A stretch of DNA of 64,000 bases from Camelus ferus (GCF_009834535.1 NC_045697.1:72542001-72606000); one strand, 5' to 3'; counted from the stretch's first letter, positions 41,058 to 53,782 are shown. A program made the numbers and translations. Notes: generated by a model not told the origin, from the sequence alone.

Positions 41058-41261
41058 AATTATTTTGTTATTATAGAAGTTATTTACTTGACAAATCCTA
41101 TCGTTTTCTTTCTGAATGCCGTTTTTAAGCTTTTCTACATCAAAATGAGTATTCAACCATTCTTCCAAAAACTGGGTCATTTCTTTCCTATTACTTAGTA
41201 CTTGCTGAAATTCAGTCTTTATGCTATGGAAATCACTTTCCGAAAAATCCTTGAGAATTTC
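41058..41261 (-). CDS. CENPE: CENPE exon (EILKDFSES...[11 protein letters not shown]...YNNKII), kinetochore-targeting region
   Basis: 204 nt, ttcacag| ... |gtaagt. Confidence 0.96.
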
Positions 41262-41671
41262 CTGTGAAAAATAAGCATTGAATTGCCTGAACATTGGAAA
41301 AGTCTTTATCTATAATAGCATACTAATATCATAAAAAGGGGAAAACACCTTACTGATCTCGCATTCTTAATATTTTGAAGAAAATATATTCTGACTCCTA
41401 GTCACAGATGTAGGAAGTTTTAGAAAGCATTAGCAAACTTATTCTGGGGTTCCATGAATTTTCACCTGCTGATATTACATCTATTTTCTGTATCTTTGGG
41501 TTCTGAAAAGAGGCTAGACTATTACCTGGCACTCTTTACATCTGGCCAGCTGTCATTCTGCAACCAATTTTTAACTTTGATAAATGAAAATGACTCTAAA
41601 CATGAAATGTACCTTTTCTACTTGATAAAAAGGCTTGAAATCTAATTAAACACATTATAAGCAAACTATAC

Positions 41672-41869
41672 CTCAATATGTAGATCCATATTCTGGCTCA
41701 ATTTGAGGTCTCTTAATTCTCTGGGCGGTACATCATAATCTTGTTGAAGGTTCTGTATTTTCATTAGCAGTTCATTTTGCTTTTCTACTTCATCAATAAA
41801 AGCCATTTCAAATTTATTGATGGATTCATGTTGTTCTTCCTTTATCTTTGTAACATGGCTTAACACGTA
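41672..41869 (-). CDS. CENPE: CENPE exon ([16 protein letters not shown]...MDLHIE)
   Basis: 198 nt, ctacaag| ... |gtatag. Confidence 0.95.
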
Positions 41870-42059
41870 CTTGTAGAAAAACATTAAACAAATTGGGAAA
41901 TGAAAACTTTTATCACATTTAGATGAAATTTCAAACCTCTGAGACTATGAGGTAGGATGGCATTTCTTAATTATCTATATCCTCTGGTAAGTGAGAAAGA
42001 AGGAAAGAGCCTTTATTCCCAATTTTTTCCTCTTATTCTCTTGGGAGAATAACTTCCAG

Positions 42060-43560
42060 GCCTTCCATATTTCTGACTTCCCCCTGGATATACCTCATGG
42101 ATGTCCTACAATTAACTCAAATTCAATAGCTTTAAAATGTGCATGATTCCTTTCCCTTTTTCTATTGCCCCATTTTTGGTTAATTACATCATCAACTACC
42201 TAGGTTTCCCACCTGACATTCATTTTCAACATCTTCTGCCCACCTTGATTGGGTAACCAAAATGAGTGTGACATGCCTCAAGATTCTCTTCTCAAGCATA
42301 TTTAGATGTTTGGCTTTAAAGTGACAATAAATTGAATGCCCTATGTTTCATGGATCTCCTCAATAAGCTGTGGATATCTGATTGCCAAGATTTACAGATG
42401 TCAGGGCCTGAGGGACAATTTACCCAGGCAGGGCAGATACTCCACCTCTTTAACTTTCACCATTCCTTAACATCTCATAATTTGGCCTCTTCACTAACCA
42501 CTCAACTAAAACTACTCTGACAAAAGTCATCAGTGTGTTCTATTATCAACAAATTGAGATCTCTCCAATCCACATTCTGTCTGTCTGAAGCTTCGGCCAC
42601 TCATGACCACTCATCTTTGACATACTCTCCTCTAGTGAGTTGAGCGATAGCACTTTTACTTGGTTCTCTCCTGTCTGTTTGACTTTTCCAAACCTGAATC
42701 CACACGTTGCTCTCTTTTCTGTAACTGCTTCTTGAATAATTATCTTTTCTGGAGTTCTTATCTTATCCTCCAACTCTTATTCCTCTATTATGCTTTCTGG
42801 CTGACTTACTCAAGCTGTGCAATCTATCACCTATATGAATCCCAAATCTTTATCTTTAGCTCTGACTTTTTTCCTGACAAACCTCAGACTTTTAACTAAA
42901 TGCCTACTTGGTCTTTCTTCTTGGATGTTCTGTCATAGGTATTTTTACCTCACAACATTTCAAACTAAACACCTGATCTCTCCTTCCTCTTTATCTCAGT
43001 TAATGGTAACACTATTCACAAACCTGGCTAAGCCCAAATCCTGGGGCTCAATCTAAACTTCTCTCCTTTACCTTCACTACCAATCACATGGACTCCTTTT
43101 ATAATATTGTAATCTCCATCCCTATGGATCTTTCCCTAGTAGCATAGTCACCCACAATATATCATCGGGACCACTGTAACTGCCTCTTGTCTCTTCTCTC
43201 GGCCACTAGCCTTAACCTCCACAAACTCATTTGTTCTTTGTAGGGAATTATCTAAAATGATAATCTGAACATATTATTGCCACTACCTTAAAATAACTGT
43301 CCAATGGCTCTGCCTCATCTACAAAATGAACTCCAAGCTTTATTGCCTGAGTCCATCTTCCACTACAGTCCTATCTTCTCTAACTTTTTATCTGGTTACA
43401 TCATATAATCTGCACATACTTCTTTTGCTACACTCATTACTTGTTTACTTGTCTGCCTCACTTACTATGAGATCCTTGAGATGTTATTCATACCTGTCTC
43501 CTAAACATCTGGACAGTGTCTAAGCCCACAGGTAAAAGCTCAGGTTTTGTTGAATAAACA
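42060..43560 (+). mobile_element. Degraded L2 fragments
   Basis: Pyrimidine-rich L2 ORF2/3' sequence (cccaaatctttatctttagc, gttgaataaa). Confidence 0.6.
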
Positions 43561-43739
43561 GGTCCTAGGTGCATTGAGGATATTGCACATACTGTTCTTA
43601 GACCCACACAATCTTTAATTTAGTAATAAATACACTGAATAGCAAAAATTTGCCAACACCCAAAGCAGGACTTAAACACATAAAAGTTTGTAATAGAAAT
43701 TTACAGCTGTTACAAAGATATTACTAGGAAAGATGGTAC

Positions 43740-43958
43740 CTGAAGTTTCTTCATGACTCTATGGAATTCCATGGAACATCTCTGGTTTGCAGTGAGAAGT
43801 TTTTGAATTTGTTTGGTTTGTGGATATGGAAGTGAGAGGTTTGCTTTTACTCTAACTGAAAGCTCTTTTTGGGTTTCAATTTCCTTCTCCAAGTCAAGAG
43901 ACAATCTATTTATGCATTCATAATGATTATCCATTTCTGAGTATCTCTTAAGAAGTTC
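43740..43958 (-). CDS. CENPE: CENPE exon ([15 protein letters not shown]...FHRVMKKLQ)
   Basis: 219 nt, ctttag| ... |gtacca. Confidence 0.95.
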
Positions 43959-45832
43959 CTAAAGAAAATTAAAATTTATTCAATTTAACAATTCATTCTA
44001 ATTAACAAGAAATAGTCCCAGCCCTAGAATTTTAACAAAACTTAATGCTTTAATACTTTTTATAGGACAGAAGTTTAAAAAATTTAAACAAATATAACAA
44101 AGAAAATCAGAAACAACCATTGCTACCATTTTGATGCATTTCCTTTTGGTCTTTTAAACATCTATGATTTGAAAGTGTATTTACAAAGTCTGAAGGGAAG
44201 TTTGAGTTAATTCAATCTAGTATGCACTGCAGCTCAAGACTGAGTGCTGGCTTAAGTTTCCAGTAGGCAGTGTGAGTGAGCGCACAGAACAAGTGACTAA
44301 GAATCAAACTAGTATTTATCAACTTGGTGGAGCCTCTTCACACATTTCTATTACCTGCCTAGAATCCAAGTTTTCTAACCTTCGTTCAGAGTCTGAGTTC
44401 AGGTTCTAGCTCTGCCACTTGCTGATGGGGGAAACCACTGAGTCATTTTCACAATTACAAAATGAAGACTACAATAATTGCCATGGGCTTTCTAGGGGAT
44501 CAAATATTAAATAGTATCTATATCTATGTAATCTATAAACCATATAGACATTATGGCTTAAAGGAAATAAAATTATATTTGTAAAAATGCTTCTATACCC
44601 AAGTTTTACACTTTGTCACATTTGGTTTTAAATCCTGATTCCACCAATTTACTAGCTATGTGACCTTGGGCAACCACTAAACTTCTTCTCAGGGTCTCAG
44701 TTTCTTTGTTCATAAATGGAGCAATACTACCATCTCATGAGTTGAAGCACCCAGTACAGTGCCTGCATGTGGTAGACACTCAAGGGGCCAGGGCCCATAA
44801 ACTCAAGTGACTAGATGCCAGGCAGGCGACCCCTTGGTCAGAGTATGGGTGGAGGAACACGTTAAGTTCAAGTTGCTACAATAATGTACTAACATATTTA
44901 GTTCAGGGTGTTAAACTATAGAAAAAGGGGCTTCTGACAACAAGGAGCTCTCTTTAGTAAGTTAAGGAAAGGCTATGTAGATGTTCATTAATCTGGGATG
45001 TTGGAGAGGGGATTCTGCCTTTGACTTTACAATGAATCACGTTATGGTATGGAGCACACTGTGGTCATTCACTGTACTTTTAATAAACAAAAACTGAATG
45101 CTGACTTCTGTCAGGAATTGTGCCAGGTGACACACCATAAACACCACAGAAAGTCCTCAGGGACTCTGCACTTTCACAGAGGCGACAGTAACTCATGTTG
45201 CTTTGCCCTCAACATACTCTGTATCCACACACCTCTCACTGCTTCCACTGCTGCCTCTTCAGGCTGGGCCGCCGTCGCCTTCCCTGGGTTACTGAGATTA
45301 GCTTTTCAAATGGTCCTCCTGCTTCCAATCATTTTCAACACAACAATCATAGCCATTCTTTTAAAACATAACTCAGATTGTGTCTCTCTGGGGTCAGATT
45401 TTCTAAGGAGTTTGCATCTTACTCAGAATAAAACCCAACGTTCTCTTCAGGCCCAGAGCCTGCTTCCTCCCCATTACCTCTTGACCTCACTTCTAATGAG
45501 CTGCTTCCCCTTCCTGATGTTCCTGAAACCCACCAGACAGGCTTTCGCTTCAGAAGCCTTGTACCCGCTGTTCCCTCTGCTTAGACTGATCTTTCCCTGG
45601 ATGCCGTGTGTCTTGATCCTTTACCTCTTTCAGGTATATGCTCAAGTATCTCCTTTCCAGCGAGGACTTAAAATCACGAACCCGTTTTGTGTGTGTAGTG
45701 TATGTACGTATGTGTACACATACATACTTGTACTAAAGTTCAGAAAAATTCTGAGTATTATCTACTCATTCCACATTAGGCCTTTGGAAGGGTATAGATA
45801 TTCATTTGTAATTTTAACAGGAGAGCACTTAC

Positions 45833-45937
45833 TTTTATCCTAAAGCACTTTTCTTTTAGCCTTTCTGTAAGATGTTGGTTTCCATCACATTGCAGTTTTT
45901 TCTCATATTTTACTACTTCTCTGTGGTTCTGTTGATC
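45833..45937 (-). CDS. CENPE: CENPE exon (DQQNHREVVKYEKKLQCDGNQHLTERLKEKCFRIK)
   Basis: 105 nt, aagcag| ... |gtaagt. Confidence 0.92.
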
Positions 45938-46979
45938 CTGCTTTGATACAAAGAAATAAAGGAGACTTCAGCTGTAACTATATTCACATATTAAATCTAC
46001 TCATATACTTTCTAAATTATATTTTTATATCCTTTCAATAATGGAATTAAATATCACACATGTAACTCAAAAGTAATGCTAAAAAGGCTCAGAAAAATTC
46101 ATTTAGTACATAATAGTACCACTAAGTCTTGTAGTAAGTAACCTCAACTCATTGGAAAAAGAAGTGGGAAAACCACATATTTTTGGAAGACAGGATTTGT
46201 TCCTTTACCATTTATAGCTGCAAACTGGATTTTGGGTTTATCTCCATTTCCTACTCTTCCAAGTCTCTGCCTTAGAATCACTGCTGCCAAATTATTTTGC
46301 TAACAAAACCAAGTCTATTACCTATGGTGTTCCAAGCCCTGTTCATATAGTCTTTGAAGCACCTTGAAACAGAAAATGCATATCCTGTTTATATTTTGTA
46401 TTTCTGATTAGAAGTGCAAAACAAAACACTGTTTAATAAATATTTGTTAAATGAACTGGGTCTCTATAAATTTAGTTAGGCCCACACAAAGATGATTCTC
46501 AAGTGTCTGATATTTCTACTGAAATTACAAATGATACTGCTTTCTACCTTATTATTTCTTTACTATGAGACAATGATGAACATGAGAATGAAATATGAGA
46601 ACAAAAAAAACTTTTATAGATTTCATACAATTTCTTATTTGTCTGAATTCTATAGCGGGATTCAATTAGGTTTCTGAAGATGTGATTCTGAAATCTGAAT
46701 GTCTATAAAAAGCCGTATTAGAAAAACTTCCTTTTTTATACTCATCTTGCCTTTTTTCCTTCTAACGTCTAACTAGAGCCTATGTTTAAAACTCTATCAC
46801 GTAGAGGTAGAAATGAGATATTTCATCTTTCTGATATTCAAATATTTCTCTATTGAGAATGACGCTACTTCTTGGCTTAAAAACCTTTTCAAAAACTACA
46901 TTGAAGAAAATAGTCTGCTTTATTTAACAAATCTTTTCTTAAAACTAGTGAATTAAAAGGTACTTTCTGAAAAACAAAA

Positions 46980-47925
46980 ACACTAATTCAAAAAGATACA
47001 TGTGCCCCAATGTTTATAGCAGCATTATTTACAACTCTCAAGATAAAGAAGGAACCTAGATGTCCATCAACAGATGAATGGATAAAGAAGATGTGGTATA
47101 TATTTACACAATAGAATACTACTTAGCCATAAAAAATAAAATAGTGCCATTTGCAGCAACATGGATGGACCTGGAGATCATCACTGTAAGTGCAGTAAGT
47201 CAGAAAGAGAAAGAAAATGCCATATGATATAACTTATATGTGGAATCTAAAAAAAGAGATACAAACGAACTTATCAGACTCACAGACATAGAAAACAAAC
47301 TTATGGTTACCAAGAGTTAAAGGGGGTGAGCAGGGATAAATTGGAAATTTGAAAACTGCACCGCTTGGGGAGTGATGGAAATGTTAGACATCTTGATTGT
47401 GATAGTGGTTTCATTGTTGTACACATCGATCAAAATTCATCAAAGTGTACATCTGAAATATGTCTAGTTTACTGTACAGGAATCATACCACAATAAAGGT
47501 GTTAAAAAAATGAAATTTTGCCATTTGTAGCAACATGGATGGACTTTAGAGGGTATTATGATTAGTGAAATAAGTAAGACAGAAAAAGACAAACACTGTA
47601 CAAATAATTTATATGTGGAATCTAAAAAATACAACAAACTAGTGAACATAACAAAAAAGAAGTAGACTCACATATATAAAGAACAAACCAGTGGTTACCA
47701 GTGGGGAGAGGGAATGGGGAAGGGACAGCATAAGTGTAGGGAATTAAGAAGTAAAAACTATTATGTATAAAATAAGCTATACAGATAGAGTGTACAGCAC
47801 TGGGAATATAGCCAATATTTTACATTAACTAGAAGTGGAGTATAACCTTTAAAAATTGCAAATCACTATTTTTGTACACTTGAAATTCATATAATATTGT
47901 ATATCAACTACACTTAAGTAAAAAA
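46980..47925 (+). mobile_element. Adjacent or nested L1 3' ends
   Basis: Two copies of gccatttg(c/t)agcaacatggatggac...atatgtggaatctaaaaaa. Confidence 0.85.
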
Positions 47926-48140
47926 GTTCTTACCAAAAAAAATGTATTTTCTGAAAAACATTTTTGCTTCTTTTAAAACTGTATTTTCTATTTGTGTGAA
48001 AATTATAATTAACAGTTAGTTTCCCCCATTATCATTTACTGTTTGTAGACATTTCTAGGAAATACAAAACAAAACATTACCCTTTTAAAAAGCTTGATTC
48101 TTATAAATAGTTACTAAATAGGGGAAGATTCTGAACTCAC

Positions 48141-48431
48141 TCCAACTATCATCTGTCTTAAGGTTTCTCTGAATTGGTCTCTTTCCATTTTGAGAAACTC
48201 TTTTATCATCCTTAGCTCATCTCTTTCCTTAGCTATAATTCTTTTATCTTCAAGGCTTTCATAAAGTTTCTTAGTCAAGTGTATGTTATCCATTTTCATA
48301 CTTTGCATAGATAAATTTTGGGCCTCAAATTGCTTCTTCAGTTGTCCCATTTCATTCACTTTTTTACGAATTTTAATGACATCTTCTTTCATTTTAAGAA
48401 GCTGAAGCTCTTTTTTCTGAAGTTCTTGGCT
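48141..48431 (-). CDS. CENPE: CENPE stalk long exon L8 (SQELQKKELQLL...RETLRQMIVG)
   Basis: 291 nt, gtcaag| ... |gtgagt. Confidence 0.9.
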
Positions 48432-48610
48432 CTTGACATAATTATAAAACAAGTTAGAATGCAAACAGAATTCCTTCAAGAAAGGAAAATAGTGTCTATA
48501 GTATATGTTCGTATATAATCTATATTGACGTTATCTGTATCTATATTCCTCCTCATTCTGTAAGTAATTCTGGAGACAGTTACTCCCCCAAAGAACAAAA
48601 CACCATCTAT

Positions 48611-48769
48611 CTTTTCCTGTAATTCATCTTTTGATTTATTTAAATCCTTTTGAATATTTGAAATCTGAGATGTCTTTCCTGAAACTCTCTCTCTGAATTT
48701 ACCGATAGTTTTTTGGTGTTCTTTCAAATGCATATGAGCAATTTTTAGTTGCTCTTGTGTTTCCAGATC
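48611..48769 (-). pseudogene. CENPE: CENPE stalk short exon S8 (DLETQEQLKIAHMHLKEHQ...KDELQEK): open frame, both splice sites non-canonical, probable pseudoexon
   Basis: 159 nt; acceptor reads taataataaAC and donor AAG|ATagat, where sister exon S7 has taataataaAG and AAG|GT. Confidence 0.75.
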
Positions 48770-49388
48770 GTTTATTATTAGAAGAAATTGAGAAATATGA
48801 TATAAAGGCACATCACCTTTTCTTAACAATGGACTAGTTAAACAAAGTCTTAAAAAATACATGCTCATACTTACAAACAACCATCATGTCATCCCGCAAA
48901 TTAGAACAGTACAGAGGACATAAAGTAAAAGTTCCTGTCCTTAGCCACACCCATCCCAGTCCTGTTACATGCACTCTGCCACTTACTTTTCACATTTCAT
49001 ATCACTTGGACAAGTTTCTAAATCAGTATCACACAAAGAGTGTCTCATTCTTATGCTTAATATTCCACTATACAGATGAACCCCACTTAGGTTAGCCTGT
49101 GCCTTACTGGCAGACACTTGGATTGTTTGTGATTTTGTTCATCACAAACAATGTTGCAGTGAATGCGGTTGTATTTCTGCCCAAATATGTGAATATATTG
49201 GTAGGATAAATTCCTACAAGTGGAACTGATGTAGCAAATATATATACTGATAAATTTTTAAAATGATATTGTCAAACTGTCTCCTTAAAAGATTGTAACA
49301 TTTAAATTTTTACCCACAGTATCACATTTTTTCAAACTTCTTTTATTAAAAACACGCTCACTTGACAGGAAGAAAGAACACAACTCAC

Positions 49389-49679
49389 TCTAGCTATGGT
49401 TCCTTGTAGGTCTGCCTTGAGTCGATCTCTCTCCAGTCTGAGAGTCTCTTCTGCTCTCCTTAGGTCATCTCTTTCTTTCATTACAGATTTCATTTCTTCA
49501 AGGCTTTCATGAAGTTTCTGGGCCAAATTTAAGTTCTCCATTTCTATTTTATTCAAAGTTAAACTCTGGGCCTTGAATTCTTTCTTCAGTCTCTCCATTT
49601 CACACATTTTTTTCTGTGTCTCACTGACACCTTCTTTTAACTTAAAAAGTTGATGTTCATTTGCTTTAAGTTCTTGGAT
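49389..49679 (-). CDS. CENPE: CENPE stalk long exon L7 ([12 protein letters not shown]...LQGTIAR)
   Basis: 291 nt, tcttaag| ... |gtgagt. Confidence 0.93.
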
Positions 49680-50361
49680 CTTAAGATAATCATAAAATAA
49701 CATGTCAGGATATAGATGGTTTCTTAGGAAGGATAAAGAACAGTTTCTAAACTGATTGAGACAATAGTCTTCCCATGTCACTCATTAATATTCTGCATAA
49801 TTCCACAGAGGATTTACTTTCTTTTGAGGTATAATATACGTAATTACACACTAATCTTATGTGTATACAGCTCAATTATTCTTGACATATGTATACAGCT
49901 ATGTAACTACAAGTCAGATTAAAATATAATATAGAACATTTACTTACCTTACTATAAGGTTCTTGTGTGCCCCTTTTAGAATGAACCACTATTTTGACCT
50001 TTACCATCCTATATTAGTATGCCTGCTTTTAAACCTAAAAATCACCATGTATTTATCCGTTCTCCTTTGATAGGCATTTAGGCTGTTTTCAGGTTTTTGT
50101 GATTATGATTGCAGCTGCTGCGAACATTCTTGTACATCTTTATGTGGAAGTGCGCACTCCTTCCTCTTAGGTTACATACCAAAGAGTGGGAATGCTGGGC
50201 TACAGGCAGGTATATGATATGGTTCAGTGTTAGTAAACACTACCAAGCTGTTTTCTAACGTGGCTAAACAATTTTGCATCCCCAAAGGGTTTTAGGCATT
50301 ACTATTTATTCTAGGAATAAATCAGCTACCCAAACAAATAGGCCCCCTGCCCCCTTAATAC

Positions 50362-50520
50362 CTTTTCTTGTAATTTAGCATTAGAATTTTCTAAATCTAT
50401 TTTCATAGTTGATATTTCATCTGTCTTCTCAAAAACAATCCCTCTGAGTTTATCAATAATTTCCTGGTGCTCTTTCAGATGGACGTGAGAAATTCTTAGT
50501 TCCTCTTGCTTTTCCAGGTC
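50362..50520 (-). CDS. CENPE: CENPE stalk short exon S7 ([20 protein letters not shown]...NAKLQEK)
   Basis: 159 nt, aataaag| ... |gtatta. Confidence 0.92.
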
Positions 50521-51179
50521 CTTTATTATTAGAAAAATTTCAAAAACAATGACATATCTTAATGTTAACTAGTATTTTCTTTTTAATGAAAATGACACAT
50601 TTTCTTAGTAAAAATAATAAATCTTTTACTTCTTACACTACATCTTTGATGTTGTTATAAAGTTATAGGCTTTCCCTTCCCCACCCTTACCTCCCCACAT
50701 TGTATTCATACTTTTCAGAGGCAAACATACTGTTCTACAGCTTACTTTTCTTTGTCAGGGTTATTTTGGGCTTCAAATTAGGACATTTAAATCTATTTCA
50801 TTTTTAAGGGTTGCATAGTATTCCGACATATTGGTCCTATTTATCCAGTTTCCTTGTGATGGACATTCAGGTTACTTCCTATTTTTTAAATCACAAATCG
50901 CTATGATGAACCACCTTATGGTGTATGTATGTGTTTATATACATATATATATATTTTTTCCTTTATCTTAACAACTGAGTAAGTGTACATATAGGATAAA
51001 GTCCACAAAAAAAAATGCTGGTTACAGAATTTAAAATTTTCAACAATGATACCAAATTACCTACCTAAAAGGTTATCAGTTCACTCTCATCCAAAGTACC
51101 ACTCATTTCAAAGAAGGGTTCATTGATGGAAGGAAAACATCACAGTTACTCGCTGGGAAGAGGAATGAGTGTAACTTAC

Positions 51180-51461
51180 TTTAGCTTCTGTTTCTCTGAG
51201 GCTTTCCCTGAGCTGGTCTCGCTCCATTTTGAGGATTCCCTCCATTCTTCTTAGGTCATCTCTTTCCTTAGTAACAGATTTTATTTCTTCAATGTTTTCA
51301 TGAAGTTTTTGTGTCAATCTTAATTTCTCTGTTTCAATACTTTCGTGGGTTGAAGCCTGAGCCTGTAATTGCTTCTTTAGTTGCTCTGTTTGATCCATAC
51401 TTTCCCTGAGATCATTTTTCACCTTAAGAAGTTGATCTTCTTTCTCCTGAAGTTCTTGGAT
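51180..51461 (-). CDS. CENPE: CENPE stalk long exon L6 ([12 protein letters not shown]...LRETEAK)
   Basis: 282 nt, tcttaag| ... |gtaagt, open frame, paralogous to the other L exons. Confidence 0.85.
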
Positions 51462-51647
51462 CTTAAGATAATCATATAATAGGTTAGGATGTAGACAGAT
51501 ACAGAGAAAAAGAGAAAAAGCTGAAGAATACTTTCTAAATTGAATAGGCAAATCTTTACTTATTTCAATATTAAACGCTCATATCCTATTTCATTATACA
51601 AAAGATCTGATCTAAACTCTCAGTTACTTAGATATCAGAAGAAATAC

Positions 51648-51806
51648 CTGTGCGTTGAAGGCAGTTTTTGTGTTTTCTAAATCCACTTGGATATTTGATA
51701 TTTCATCTGTCTTCTCTGAAACAGTTCCTTTGAGTTTATTGATAGTTTCTTGATGTTCTTTCAGACTCATGTGGGCAATTCTTAGTTCCTCTTGTTTTTC
51801 CAGGTC
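51648..51806 (-). CDS. CENPE: CENPE stalk short exon S6 ([20 protein letters not shown]...TAFNAQ)
   Basis: 159 nt, tataaag| ... |gtattt. Confidence 0.92.
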
Positions 51807-52389
51807 CTTTATATTAGAGAAAGAAAAATAATACATTCAGAATAATACAATTCAACAGTGTGTAGAAAAGTATAGGGTTAGAAGTAAAAATTCCCCTCCC
51901 TCTTTAGGCCCCACAGTTCTCTTCCTCTAAGTGACTTTTAGATGTCAATATATTCCAGATATACTCCTCCATAACTTACTTTTTCTCCCCATCAGGATTA
52001 TTTCTAAATCAGCTCTACTTCACTCTTTACCTGGGGCTTGCTATTCTATGGTCTGAATGTGCTGCATTTATTTAACCAGTCCCTACTAATGGATAGTTAG
52101 AATTTTTCCTTTTTTTGTTTTCTTTTTTTCAATTTTGTTATTGCAACTTGCTGCAGTGAATATCATCCTACAAATACTTTTTGCACAACTGTGCTAATGT
52201 GTACAAGATAAATAGCAATTATTGGGTCAATGCATACACTTACTGAAAAATTTGGAAGATACTATCATATATTCCTCCTTCAGCCTTCCTCAAGGTTGGA
52301 TCAATTTTACATTCTCACCAACTCTATCACTCATGGTTCTTTTAAGACACAATGTGATATTTTCCAGTTGGGGAAAGATGGTAACTCAC

Positions 52390-52677
52390 TTTGATTATGG
52401 TTTCTCTTAGGTTTTCATTGAGCTGGTCTCTCTCTACTTTGAGAGTCTCCTCCACGCTCCTAAGGTCATCTCTTTCTTTTGTAACAGACTTTATTTCTTC
52501 AAGATGTTTGTGGAGTCTCTGAGTTAACCTTCTGTTCTCCATTTCTGTATTTTCCAGAGCTGATTTTTGGGCCTCAAGTTGCTGCTTAAAGTTTTCTATT
52601 CCACACATTTTGTCCTGAGTCTCACTGACATCTTTCATCTTAAGAAGTTGATGTTCTTCTTCTTGAAGTTCTTGAAC
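52390..52677 (-). CDS. CENPE: CENPE stalk long exon L5 (VQELQEEEHQLLKMK...LRETIIK)
   Basis: 288 nt, ttctcag| ... |gtgagt. Confidence 0.93.
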
Positions 52678-52856
52678 CTGAGAAAATCGTAAAACAAGTT
52701 AGGAGATAGGCATACATTTTTAGTAAAAAAGAACTTTCTAAATTAAGGCAATCATTTTTACATTTTAGTCTAATGTATACACTATTTTCTTCCATAAGGT
52801 AGATGAGGAATACAATAATCAGATGTCATTTTCCAACTTAACCAAACAAGACCTAC

Positions 52857-53009
52857 CTTTTCCTGTAATTCATCATCTGAAATTCCTGAGTCTCTCTGAA
52901 TATTTGCTCCTTGATCTGTCTTCTCGGAATTACTCCCTGCATTAATGGTTTCTTGGTACTCCTTCAGAAGACCGTAAGTAGTTTTTAGTTCATCTTTGAT
53001 TTTCTGTCC
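52857..53009 (-). CDS. CENPE: Candidate CENPE stalk short exon S5 (GQKIKDELKTTYGLLKEYQETINAGSNSEKTDQGANIQRDSGISDDELQEK)
   Basis: 153 nt, cataaag| ... AAG|gtaggt, 51 stop-free codons; paralog of the S exons but divergent; too short for the ORF track. Confidence 0.5.
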
Positions 53010-53112
53010 CTTTATGATTGGAGAAAAATTATTAAAACTTAATAGTGAACATCATCATTATCACCTTAACACTGTTTTTACATCCAAAAAACATTACAAG
53101 AGGGAAACTCAC

Positions 53113-53400
53113 TTCAGCTACAATTTCTTTAATGTTTTCTTTGAGTTGGTCTCTCTCCATTTGAAGGGCCTCCTGCACTCTTTTCAGTTCATCTCTTTCC
53201 TTAATTATGGTTTTTATTTCCTCTTGACTTGCCTGAAGTCTCTCAGTCAACTCGAGCCTCTCGTTTTCTATTCTTTGTAGTGATGAATCTTCGGCTTTGA
53301 GATGCTCCTTTAACTGTTCCAGTTCACTCATGTTTTCCTCAGTCTCACTGACTTCTTTGATCCTAATAAATTGTTCCTGTCTTTCATGTAGCTCTTGAGT
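53113..53400 (-). CDS. CENPE: CENPE stalk long exon L4 (TQELHERQEQF...IKEIVAE)
   Basis: 288 nt, tcttaag| ... |gtgagt. Confidence 0.93.
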
Positions 53401-53623
53401 CTTAAGATAATAATAAAATAAGTTAATAGCCAAAAATATACATATGTACACACATATAAACGTGTGCTTATTTATGTGTATATTTATATGTAAATATACT
53501 TTTTTTTAAGGAAAGAAATCCAGGATGCTTTCCAAAACAATTAGGAGGTAAACAGTAGTCTTTGTAATCCTGTTAGCCACCGCCTGTAACTTTTCTCCCA
53601 CTGTTCCTTCACCCCAAATTTAC

Positions 53624-53782
53624 CTTTTTCTGTAATGCATCATTTGTTGTTTCTAATTTCTTTTGAATGCTTGATATTTCAGTTTCCCTCTCTGAAAGAT
53701 CCACTCTGAGTTTATCAATAGTTTCCTCCTGTTCTTTCAGGTGACAATAAGCAACTTGAAGTTCTTCTTCCATTTCTAGGTG
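53624..53782 (-). CDS. CENPE: CENPE stalk short exon S4 (HLEMEEELQVAYCHLKEQEE...DALQKK)
   Basis: 159 nt, aataaag| ... |gtaaat. Confidence 0.93.

Noticed and set aside
45049..45843. 264-aa plus-strand ORF, the longest in the track
   Set aside because: Runs through L2-like and simple-repeat sequence antisense to a CENPE intron; L/F/S-rich with no recognisable domain.
48432..49388. U12 (AT-AC) minor-spliceosome explanation for the AC and AT around exon S8
   Set aside because: The AT and AC belong to different introns (GT...AC and AT...AG). The donor is ATAGATGG, not RTATCCTT, and there is no TCCTTAAC branch site on the minus strand.
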